DNA of 24,677 bases from a virus (taxonomy: Duplodnaviria > Caudoviricetes), in the IMG/VR virus record IMGVR_UViG_3300037515_000541, positions 1-24,677 of that record, one strand, 5' to 3'. Below, piece by piece: positions 16,484 through 23,970 of this stretch (the first letter of the stretch is position 1; each line of letters starts with the position of its first letter). The notes under the pieces are model-generated. The model did no database searches, was not told where the DNA came from, and worked only from the letters and a program-made list of their open reading frames with translations. Made by a program: the position numbers and the translations under genes.

Positions 16484-17466
16484 TGGCGACACTCGAAGAA
16501 GAACTCCGCCGACTCGCAGACCTCGCCGCCGGTGACGACGACGACTCGTCCCCCGCTGGCCGCTACTCCACCGAACGGGCCGCCGACCACGCCCTGATGG
16601 TCGAAGAACTGAAACGTCGGGGGATCCCCGCTGCTGTCGCCGGTGACCTCGCCAACGAGCTCGCCAGCCAGTTCCTCGCGCAGAAAGGTTCGTGGCCGAC
16701 CGTCTTCGAGCTGCTGGCGGATCCGACGTCGATCAACCGTCAGTCGTACACGCAGTCCGGCCTTTACGCCCTGCCGCCCGCCTTCGGGGTCCGGCAGGCG
16801 GACGGGTCGATCACCTTCTACCGGAACGATCCGCTGCAAGGGTTGCAGCCGGTCACCGGCGGCTCCGACGACTTCGGATTCGGGTTGAAGGATCTGGCGT
16901 CGTCCCGCACCCCGATCTTCGACATGGACGAGATCCAGGCGATCCTCGCCTCCTCCGGATTCGGCGACGATCCGGGACCGGGGCCGAGAGGGCCGGGCGC
17001 GACGTTGAAGCCGCCCGCCTTCGACCGGGACCATCTGCTCGAGACGGCATCGAACCTGTGGCGGGGGATGCTGCTCACCGAACCGGGCGACATCGGCCGG
17101 ATCGTCGACGATTACACCGCCAAGGCCACGTCGTTCCTGATGAACGAGGGCGGACGCCTCGACTTCGAGACGTTCGTGTTGGGCCGGATCCGGGATCAGC
17201 CCCGCTATCGGATGCTCTATCAGAACAAGGCTCCCGGCGTCACCGAACAGGCTCATCTCGGCCAGTATGTGAAGGCGGTGCAGGCGCTCGGATTCGCCGA
17301 CCGTCGCATCTCCGAGTTGGCCGCTCAGGGCGCGCAGTCGGGGGCGTCGGAGGCCGGGTTCACCGAGCGGCTGTCGCGGAGTCCTGAGTTCGTGCAGGCC
17401 AACCAGGGGGCTTTCAGCCAGAAGTTCGCCAACACGATCGCCCAGCTCGGAATCAGGGGGACATGA
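16483..17466 (+). CDS. Putative internal virion protein, 327 aa
   Basis: GGAGG RBS and TGATG coupling; helical; clustered with the giant protein. Confidence 0.65.
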   Translation: MATLEEELRRLADLAAGDDDDSSPAGRYSTERAADHALMVEELKRRGIPAAVAGDLANELASQFLAQKGSWPTVFELLADPTSINRQSYTQSGLYALPPAFGVRQADGSITFYRNDPLQGLQPVTGGSDDFGFGLKDLASSRTPIFDMDEIQAILASSGFGDDPGPGPRGPGATLKPPAFDRDHLLETASNLWRGMLLTEPGDIGRIVDDYTAKATSFLMNEGGRLDFETFVLGRIRDQPRYRMLYQNKAPGVTEQAHLGQYVKAVQALGFADRRISELAAQGAQSGASEAGFTERLSRSPEFVQANQGAFSQKFANTIAQLGIRGT

Positions 17467-17467
17467 C

Positions 17468-19285
17468 ATGGCGACAATGAACGACCTCGCACAGATCTAC
17501 ATTGCGGCCGGGCTCACCCCGCCTCCCCGGTTCGTCGGCAGCAACACGCCCGTCTCCGACGCCGACATCGCCAACACCCAGAACTTCGTCCAGGCTCAGG
17601 CCTCGAGCGCAGGCACGACTACGACGACGGCGGGTGGGACGCTCACCGCCGACGACGTCGAATCCATCTTCGCCGAATTCGGCATGGATCCGACCGTCCA
17701 CTTCGACGGGTCGATCGACGAGGGCCGGGCGGCCCGGCTCGCCCAGCAGATCAACGCCGGCCAGATCTCTGTCGACCAGCTTCGCACCACTCTCCAAAAC
17801 GCTCCGGAAGGGGCCGCCACCACCACAACCGCGCAGTCCGGTCCGGTGACCGTCGACCAGATCCGGGCGATCTTCGCCGAGGCGGGCATTCCGGTCGCCA
17901 CCCCCGGCGAAACCGAGTTGGAGCGGCTGAACCGGATCGTCGACCAGATCAACTCCGGGCAGCGGACCCTCGACGAGGTCACCCGTGCCATCCAAACGTC
18001 GGGCGGCAACTTCGATCCGAACGCCCCCGAATCGTCCGGAGGATTCGGGGAGGACTTCCGCCAGTTCGGCAATCAGACGATCCCCGCCGGCGGGGACCTC
18101 TACGCGGTGATCCAGCCGAACGGTGCCCTCGAATATCACGTCGTGTACGAGTGGGAGGGCTTGAAGTTCTCGTATCTGATCGGCGATCAGGAGCAGCTTG
18201 CCTCGCTGTTCCCGGACGCCGACCGGGTGTTCGCCGGCCGGTTCACCGTCAACCAGGCTCAGTGGGCGGGGGTGGAAGCCCTCGGGTTGGGTGGCATCGA
18301 CGAACGTCTCGGTGACGGCACTCCGATCGCACGGGAGTTGAATGAGGCGCTCCGCACCTTCGGATTCGAGTCGATGCCCGACTGGCTCCGCAACGACCGG
18401 CAGGCCATGCAGATCCTCGCCCAAGGCGCACTCGAGGGGTTCAGCGCCGGTCGGATCATGCGTGACCTGTCACAGACCACCGGGTTCCGGGAACGGTTCG
18501 AGGCGTGGGATTGGGCGCTGTCACAGTCCGGTGGGGACGCCCTGGCGGCCATGCAGCTCTACACCCAGCGGGAGTCGTCTCTGAAGAACGCCCTGTCCCG
18601 GTTTCGGGGCCCCGGTGCGAACCTCGCCAACGACTATCTTGCCGAGCTGATGCAGATCGGATGGTCGGTGGAGGCGATCATGCCGATCCTCGCCGCCGAA
18701 GAACAGTTGCGGGCTGATCCTGGCGTGTTCGCCGACATCAACCGGCTGCTCGCAGCGGAAGGGTTGAATCCGATCGGCCCGGTCGGTGCGATCGCCCTTC
18801 TCGCCTCACAGAATCAGACGGCGGAACAGGCGGCGGAGACGCTGGCCAGCATCGACCTGACCGAGCTTCTCGGCGGCAACTCGCCGTCGCAGGTGTTCGA
18901 CCTGATCAACGACGCCATGACCCTCTCCGCGTTGGAGGACCAGGGTTTCGTCGGGTTGGGCCTCGACTTCGTGCGGCAGTTGCGGAACGAGACGGGCGGG
19001 GTGCTGTCGAAGGAAGGTGTGGACCGGTTCGCACAGACTGCCGCGATCAACGTGCTCCGCTTCGGCCCTGACATCGACTTCGGCCGCTACGGGCTGGACC
19101 AGGAGGACGTGATTTCGGCGGCAGCGTCGAGGCCGGCCCCGTCGGGGAGGACGTCGGCGGAGGTCAACGAGATCATGGCGAGGATTCTGCGGGAACGGCA
19201 GGCCGCCGCCCAAGGGTTCGACGCGTTCTCAGGGTTCGTCAACGAGTCCGGCCGGTTGCAGATTCGAGGACTCGAAGGACTCTGA
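17468..19285 (+). CDS. Putative internal virion protein with duplicated N-terminal helical module, 605 aa
   Basis: AGGGGG RBS; two ~55-aa repeats each preceded by a poly-Thr linker; helical C-terminal half. Confidence 0.65.
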   Translation: MATMNDLAQIYIAAGLTPPPRFVGSNTPVSDADIANTQNFVQAQASSAGTTTTTAGGTLTADDVESIFAEFGMDPTVHFDGSIDEGRAARLAQQINAGQISVDQLRTTLQNAPEGAATTTTAQSGPVTVDQIRAIFAEAGIPVATPGETELERLNRIVDQINSGQRTLDEVTRAIQTSGGNFDPNAPESSGGFGEDFRQFGNQTIPAGGDLYAVIQPNGALEYHVVYEWEGLKFSYLIGDQEQLASLFPDADRVFAGRFTVNQAQWAGVEALGLGGIDERLGDGTPIARELNEALRTFGFESMPDWLRNDRQAMQILAQGALEGFSAGRIMRDLSQTTGFRERFEAWDWALSQSGGDALAAMQLYTQRESSLKNALSRFRGPGANLANDYLAELMQIGWSVEAIMPILAAEEQLRADPGVFADINRLLAAEGLNPIGPVGAIALLASQNQTAEQAAETLASIDLTELLGGNSPSQVFDLINDAMTLSALEDQGFVGLGLDFVRQLRNETGGVLSKEGVDRFAQTAAINVLRFGPDIDFGRYGLDQEDVISAAASRPAPSGRTSAEVNEIMARILRERQAAAQGFDAFSGFVNESGRLQIRGLEGL

Positions 19286-19310
19286 GCGGGGTGTGTCCTC
19301 GACGTCGATA

Positions 19311-19538
19311 TTATCGGCGCGGATTACACACGTCTTGATCGGACCAATGCCAGAACCGTTCGGTCACCTGGCATTCTCCGTCTTCGAGGTCGACCACCCG
19401 CCCCGTCTGATGGAAGATCATCTTCGCCCGCTTCTCGGTGGGGTAGCGGCCGTGGGGCCGAACGCGCCGAGACACCACGGCGGATTCGGCGGTCCTCTCC
19501 GCCGGACAGCATGTGGCCTTCGACGGGTAGAGGCGCAT
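19311..19538 (-). CDS. Small opposite-strand protein, 75 aa, with motif similarity to 701-931
   Basis: GGGAG 6 nt before ATG 19538; TACAGT -10 upstream; RYPTEKRA...C...WHWS motif. Confidence 0.55.
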   Translation of the reverse strand: MRLYPSKATCCPAERTAESAVVSRRVRPHGRYPTEKRAKMIFHQTGRVVDLEDGECQVTERFWHWSDQDVCNPRR

Positions 19539-19603
19539 CGGTACTCCCATTCCACGGTGACAGGTAGGGGAAGCTCAGGGTCGGACGCCGAGTCACCCCG
19601 CGG

Positions 19604-19650
19604 ACTGTAATAGGTGGTGCTTGGTTTGTGCGCGCATGTTCGTGTATGGT
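19604..19650. promoter_or_regulatory. Second divergent promoter pair with GTTTGTGCGCG box (scaffold/capsid promoter)
   Basis: Minus-strand TACAGT (19604-19609); box at 19624-19634; plus-strand TATGGT (19645-19650). Confidence 0.6.
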
Positions 19651-19658
19651 CGCAACTA

Positions 19659-19752
19659 CCTGACCGGGGCTCGCCCGACCGGATCAGTGCACAAGGGCGG
19701 CAAGACCACATGTGAAACCGCCGGATGAACCCTCTGCCAGCGGTCACACAGG
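19659..19752 (+). other. Potentially structured 5' leader of the scaffold gene
   Basis: TGACCG (19661-19666) can pair with CGGTCA (19741-19746); CTGACCGG/CCGGATCAG; GGCGG/CCGCC; GCACAAGG repeated at 19689 and 19752. Confidence 0.4.
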
Positions 19753-19767
19753 CACAAGGAGGAGCAA

Positions 19768-20310
19768 GTGCCAGACGGAGAGAGCGGCGACACGGTCAGC
19801 CGAGAGGCGTTCGACCGGGTGAAGCACGACCTCGAACAGATCAAAGCCGAGAAGGCTCAGTTCACGTCAGCTTCCCAGCAGTTCCTTCTCACCGACACCG
19901 CCTACGAGCATTTCAAGGCCAAAGGTGACGTCCCCGACCCGTATGGGGCGGCGAAGGCGGCAGCCAGGGACTCGATGCTGGTGGGGGTGGAGAAGGATGC
20001 TCTGCCTGAGAAACTCGACGCGTGGCTGGACAGCTTCAAGGCGGTGTTCGGTTCGACGAACGGCTCCTCGAGCGACGGCGACGGCGACGGTGAACCGCCA
20101 CCGGCCACACCACCGCCACCTGGCTCCGCCCGTCCGGCACCTTCGCCGGCGAACAGCGGGGGGGATCCGAAACCGGAACCGTTGACGATGACCTCACCGG
20201 AAGTGCAGGAGCTTCGCAAACGGGGCGACCGGGAGGGGCTCCGCCAGTTGGTGAAGGAAGGCCGACTCACCCTTTCTCCGGACAACCCGTACGGCTCCAA
20301 GCAGCAGTAG
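19768..20310 (+). CDS. Capsid scaffolding protein, 180 aa
   Basis: AAGGAGG RBS with GTG start; N-terminal coiled coil (VSREAFDRVKHDLEQIKAE), Pro-rich linker, C-terminal helix pair; immediately before the capsid gene. Confidence 0.8.
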   Translation: MPDGESGDTVSREAFDRVKHDLEQIKAEKAQFTSASQQFLLTDTAYEHFKAKGDVPDPYGAAKAAARDSMLVGVEKDALPEKLDAWLDSFKAVFGSTNGSSSDGDGDGEPPPATPPPPGSARPAPSPANSGGDPKPEPLTMTSPEVQELRKRGDREGLRQLVKEGRLTLSPDNPYGSKQQ

Positions 20311-20328
20311 GGGCGGCTTGCCTGCCCC
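20310..20328 (+). promoter_or_regulatory. Intercistronic hairpin with G-CUUG-C tetraloop just before the capsid RBS
   Basis: GGGGC-GG-CTTG-CC-T-GCCCC followed by GGAGAGG. Confidence 0.5.
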
Positions 20329-20344
20329 GGAGAGGGGTTTCATC

Positions 20345-21220
20345 ATGGCGAACGAAACCACGTTCGCTCTCGTCGAAGGAGATTTGGGCTACGACTACGC
20401 CCTTCTCGCCGAGGAGATCATCAGCGCCCGGTACGCATACGACAATGTGCGTGACCTGGCCCGCACCAAGGACATCGGATCGTTTCCGTCGGATTCGGCC
20501 CGGTTCCCGCTCTACCCGGCACTGTCGGCGGCTGCGTTGACCGACGGCACCGACCTGACCACCAACACCGCATTCAACCCGACGAACGCCACCTTCGCGG
20601 TGTCCGAGGTCGGGTTGAAGCTGATCCTCACCGACCTGGCAAACACCGGGTCGTTCCTGGGGGACAGCGACCTGGCGACGGAGGCGGGCAAGGCGGTCCT
20701 CGAGAAGATCAACACCGATCTGGTGGCGCTCGGCTCGGGATTCAGCACCGTCGTCGGTGGAACCGGTGTGAACCTGACCGAGCTGAACGTCGAGGACGCT
20801 CTGGTCACGCTCATCGGGAACAAGACCCCCGACGACGTCGTGGCGATCCTCCACGAACGGCAGTGGTTCGACCTGATCAACGACATCGGCACGTCCATCA
20901 GCCCGGCCGGCACGACCGGCGGCACGGCCCGTGGCGAGACGAACGACCTGACCATCGCCGGCAAGGGTGGCATGGGCGGCGTCCTCTACGGCGTCGAGTT
21001 CCGGGTGAATCCGCTGGTTCCCACCGCCAACGCGGGGGCGGACCGGGCGGGTGCCATGTTCATTCGGAACCGTGCGATCGCCCTGGTGATCAAATGGTTC
21101 ATCCGACCGGAGTTCGAGCGTGACGCGTCGTATCGGGGAACCGAGACGGTCGTCACCGCCGCATACGCCACCGGTGAGATCGAAGACGCCTCCGGCGTCG
21201 CCATCATCACCGACGCGTGA
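20345..21220 (+). CDS. Major capsid protein (HK97 fold), 291 aa
   Basis: Start reassigned to ATG 20345 (GGAGAGG RBS); LTDGTDL, EVG...LTD, AILH..QW.DL, G.LYGV, EFERDASYRGTE.V.TA.YA.GE motifs typical of capsid proteins. Confidence 0.92.
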   Translation: MANETTFALVEGDLGYDYALLAEEIISARYAYDNVRDLARTKDIGSFPSDSARFPLYPALSAAALTDGTDLTTNTAFNPTNATFAVSEVGLKLILTDLANTGSFLGDSDLATEAGKAVLEKINTDLVALGSGFSTVVGGTGVNLTELNVEDALVTLIGNKTPDDVVAILHERQWFDLINDIGTSISPAGTTGGTARGETNDLTIAGKGGMGGVLYGVEFRVNPLVPTANAGADRAGAMFIRNRAIALVIKWFIRPEFERDASYRGTETVVTAAYATGEIEDASGVAIITDA

Positions 21221-21224
21221 GTCC

Positions 21225-21275
21225 ACCGGCAGGAGGACGGGTCGTCCAGACCCGGGCTGGCCCGTCCTCCCCGGT
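21225..21275 (+). terminator. Long GC-rich hairpin after the capsid gene (terminator/attenuator or mRNA stabiliser, no U-tract)
   Basis: ACCGG-ca-GGAGGACGGGTC ... GGCCCGTCCTCC-CCGGT. Confidence 0.65.
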
Positions 21276-21295
21276 CAACAGAAAGGGAAGCAATC

Positions 21296-21625
21296 ATGCC
21301 GACAGTCACCATCTCCGAAGACCGCTGCAAGGTGCGCGGGTTCGGATACAAGAACCGGTCGTGGGCGAAGCGGGACACGACTCTCCGTTTCGACGCTGAC
21401 GGGATCGCCGACGTCTCCAAGACGAAGTGCGACCTGCTGGATCTCGAACTGCACGACGAGTTCGACGTCGTCGAGGAGTACGTCCACACGTTCGACGTGA
21501 AAGTCGACTCGGTCGACGAGATCGTCCTGGATCCCGGCCAGACGGTGAAGTCCAAGGCGGCGGCGCCCAAGAAGCCCTCCGCCAAGAAGCCGGCGGCCAA
21601 GGCTGCGGCCGTCGAGGGATCCTGA
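21296..21625 (+). CDS. Hypothetical protein with Lys/Ala-rich C-tail, 109 aa
   Basis: AAAGGGA RBS; tail KSKAAAPKKPSAKKPAAKAAA; coupled to the next gene. Confidence 0.8.
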   Translation: MPTVTISEDRCKVRGFGYKNRSWAKRDTTLRFDADGIADVSKTKCDLLDLELHDEFDVVEEYVHTFDVKVDSVDEIVLDPGQTVKSKAAAPKKPSAKKPAAKAAAVEGS

Positions 21626-22518
21626 TGTCCGACGGTCCCGTCATGGTGCAATGCCTCGCCTGTGACAAGACGTTTCAGGCGATCGGCACCTTCGGCCACT
21701 CCCGGTCGAAGGAGCATCTGGCGAACGGCGGCACCGATGACATGATCGTCCCTGTCGACGTCGACGACAGTCTGGTGGCCGGGATCGCCCGGCTCGCACC
21801 CGACCTGTCCGACGCCGAACTGCGGGAGCTTCTCGAGGAGAACACGGCTCTGCGCGAGCAGATCGTTCGTCTCGAAAAGGAGAAGGCGCGGCTCGATCCG
21901 ATGGCGCAGTGGCCGGCGTGGGAGAACGTCGCCCAGGTGCGGGAGTGGCTGGGCGACGCCCATGTGCGGATGATCGGGGAGGTCGAACTGGCCGCCGAGA
22001 ACAAGCGGCGGATGAAGGACGGTCTGCCCCCGATGTATTCGTCTGAGCCGGGCGAATACGAACGGCAGGTGACGGCGGCGTCGGAGAAGTCGGTGGCCCG
22101 CATGGTCGACGAGCAGACCCGCTGGACCGAGGGTGTCGCCGAAGGCAAGCACAAGAAGATGCGGACGTTCAAGATGATCGCCCCGACACGGCGCTGCGAC
22201 CGCCACGACGAGGGAACGGTCGCCCTCTGCTACCGGCATGGGACGATGCGGCAGATCCCCGTCGAGCTCCAAATCAACAACGGGGCCGCCTCGCTGAACG
22301 ACCCGATCGAACGGTACAAGCGGAAGGGTTTCAAGCCGGCCGCGCCGATCCGCTGCAAGCTGGTCGACTGCTACCGGCCCGCCGCGATCACCGTCAACGG
22401 CGAATGGGCGCATGGCATGTACTGCTCGTTGGAGCACCGCAACTACATGGAAGGTTCCAAGACGACGGCGTCGTCGGGCAACGAGATGACCGTCTACGAG
22501 CCGACCCTGGTGGGCTGA
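21625..22518 (+). CDS. Multi-zinc-finger/coiled-coil protein, 297 aa
   Basis: ATG 21625 (TGATG); CLAC-x11-HSRSKEH, coiled coil LRELLEENTALREQIVRLEKEKARL, CDRH...CYRH, CKLVDC...YCSLEH. Confidence 0.8.
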   Translation: MSDGPVMVQCLACDKTFQAIGTFGHSRSKEHLANGGTDDMIVPVDVDDSLVAGIARLAPDLSDAELRELLEENTALREQIVRLEKEKARLDPMAQWPAWENVAQVREWLGDAHVRMIGEVELAAENKRRMKDGLPPMYSSEPGEYERQVTAASEKSVARMVDEQTRWTEGVAEGKHKKMRTFKMIAPTRRCDRHDEGTVALCYRHGTMRQIPVELQINNGAASLNDPIERYKRKGFKPAAPIRCKLVDCYRPAAITVNGEWAHGMYCSLEHRNYMEGSKTTASSGNEMTVYEPTLVG

Positions 22519-22521
22519 CCG

Positions 22522-23076
22522 ATGGGCGCCGGCGATCGGATCATCCCGATGGACGCCGAAGCGATCCGGGAGTGGCGGGAGAATCTTCCAGACGGCCACT
22601 CCCGGAAAGCCTACGAGTTCATGGGGCCGGGTCGGGGCGGGGTGAACCGGGACGACCCGGTGCATGATCCTGACCAGTCGCCGGAGCCGCTGGACCCGGA
22701 CCGCGGGTTCGATCTCGAGCCGCTGCCCAAGGGGATCCGCGCCCCGCTGGAAACCATCGACGAGATGGAGCAGCGGGTCTTGAACTGGGTGCGGTCCGCC
22801 AAGACCCACGAGGAGAAGGAGCGGATCCGCGAGATCGTGCAGCATCGGGTGGGCATCATCCGGGCGACATCACCCAACCAGAACACTCACATCTCCGACG
22901 AGGATCTCGAGTCGATGCTGATTCGCCATTTGAAGGCGAAGGCGCGGGCTGCCACAGAGCGGGTCTACAACCGGCGTGGATGGGCCAAGCCCCAGGACTT
23001 CGACCTTGTCCGTTCCGCCGCTCCTGCGACTGAGGCGAAGCTTCTCCTGCCCGGCCAGCAAGGACGGCGGCCGTGA
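22522..23076 (+). CDS. Hypothetical protein, 184 aa
   Basis: Fills the gap between coupled neighbours; GC-rich third codon positions. Confidence 0.75.
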   Translation: MGAGDRIIPMDAEAIREWRENLPDGHSRKAYEFMGPGRGGVNRDDPVHDPDQSPEPLDPDRGFDLEPLPKGIRAPLETIDEMEQRVLNWVRSAKTHEEKERIREIVQHRVGIIRATSPNQNTHISDEDLESMLIRHLKAKARAATERVYNRRGWAKPQDFDLVRSAAPATEAKLLLPGQQGRRP

Positions 23077-23966
23077 CCACCCGTGCCGACCTGATTCTGC
23101 GGATCGAAGACATGATCTTCGGAATGGCCGAGGTTGAGCGGCCATCCGAAGACGTGGTCACCCTGGCCGACACGACGACCACGACGATGACGGTGGCGAC
23201 CGACTCGTTTTGGAAGCAGGGCCGGTATGGGGAGATTGTCCCGGCGGACGGGTCGGAGGGTGAACTGGTGATCTGCGCCGCCGACGCCGCAGCCGGTTCG
23301 GTGACAGTGCGGCGGGGTGAGCGGGGCACGACAGCGGCTGCCGCCGCCGGGCTGGTCGCCAGAGTGAATCCGAAGTTCACCCGCAAGATGATTTCGGAGC
23401 GCATCGATGAGGTCATCACCGATTCGCTGTTCCCGCACGTCTGGTATCACAGCCAGCGCAGCCTCGCCTTCACCGACCAGGACTACATCTATGACCTGGC
23501 CGTCGAAGACTATTTCGTGGTGCAGGTGTATCAGGTGGTCGACGACCAGAAGCTTCCGTTCCCGTCCGGCTGGTGGATCGAAGAAAACCTGATTGACACG
23601 ACGATCGGGGCGTCCGGCAAGGTGCTGCGGCTGCGCCGGGTGCGGGATCAGACGGCCACCGTCTTCTACACGGCCCGTTCCAAGCCGGTCGTCGCCGACC
23701 TCGCCGCCTTTCCCGATCCGATCGTCAACCTGATCCCCTGGTTCGTGTGTGCTCTGCTGATGGGCGGCACCCGGACCATCCCCGCCCGGTATGACCCGAA
23801 TCGGGCGGGCGGCCTGGAAGTGCAGGAGGGCGGTCCGCAACGGGACTGGCGGTTCTTCGAGCAGAAAGCCCTGTTGAAACGCAACGAGTTGAATATCGCG
23901 TTGCGGCGGGAGGAGTCGACGGTCCGACAGCCACGGTTCCATCCGCGCCGTCGTCGGGCGTGGTGA
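23073..23966 (+). CDS. Head-tail adaptor / tail tubular protein A-like, 297 aa
   Basis: GTGA overlap; T.ADLI..I N-helix, inserted beta domain with V.RG..GTTA motif, I...I...LFP, DQ..Y.L; position before the nozzle-like gene. Confidence 0.65.
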   Translation: MTTRADLILRIEDMIFGMAEVERPSEDVVTLADTTTTTMTVATDSFWKQGRYGEIVPADGSEGELVICAADAAAGSVTVRRGERGTTAAAAAGLVARVNPKFTRKMISERIDEVITDSLFPHVWYHSQRSLAFTDQDYIYDLAVEDYFVVQVYQVVDDQKLPFPSGWWIEENLIDTTIGASGKVLRLRRVRDQTATVFYTARSKPVVADLAAFPDPIVNLIPWFVCALLMGGTRTIPARYDPNRAGGLEVQEGGPQRDWRFFEQKALLKRNELNIALRREESTVRQPRFHPRRRRAW

Positions 23967-23970
23967 CCTG

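Noticed and set aside
19293-19610. 105-aa plus-strand ORF
   Set aside because: No clear RBS or motif; the opposite-strand 75-aa ORF has an RBS, a -10 box and a recognisable motif. Not fully excluded.
19651-19767. c-di-GMP-I riboswitch or hammerhead ribozyme
   Set aside because: Only vague fragments (GGCAAG, GAAA); the GCAAA/CUAA and CUGANGA cores are missing.
2896-21624. Upstream-extended starts in the ORF track (2896, 4192, 5979, 20318, 21427; also 979 and 2526 on the minus strand)
   Set aside because: They overlap neighbouring genes or lack an RBS; downstream starts have an RBS or stop-start coupling.
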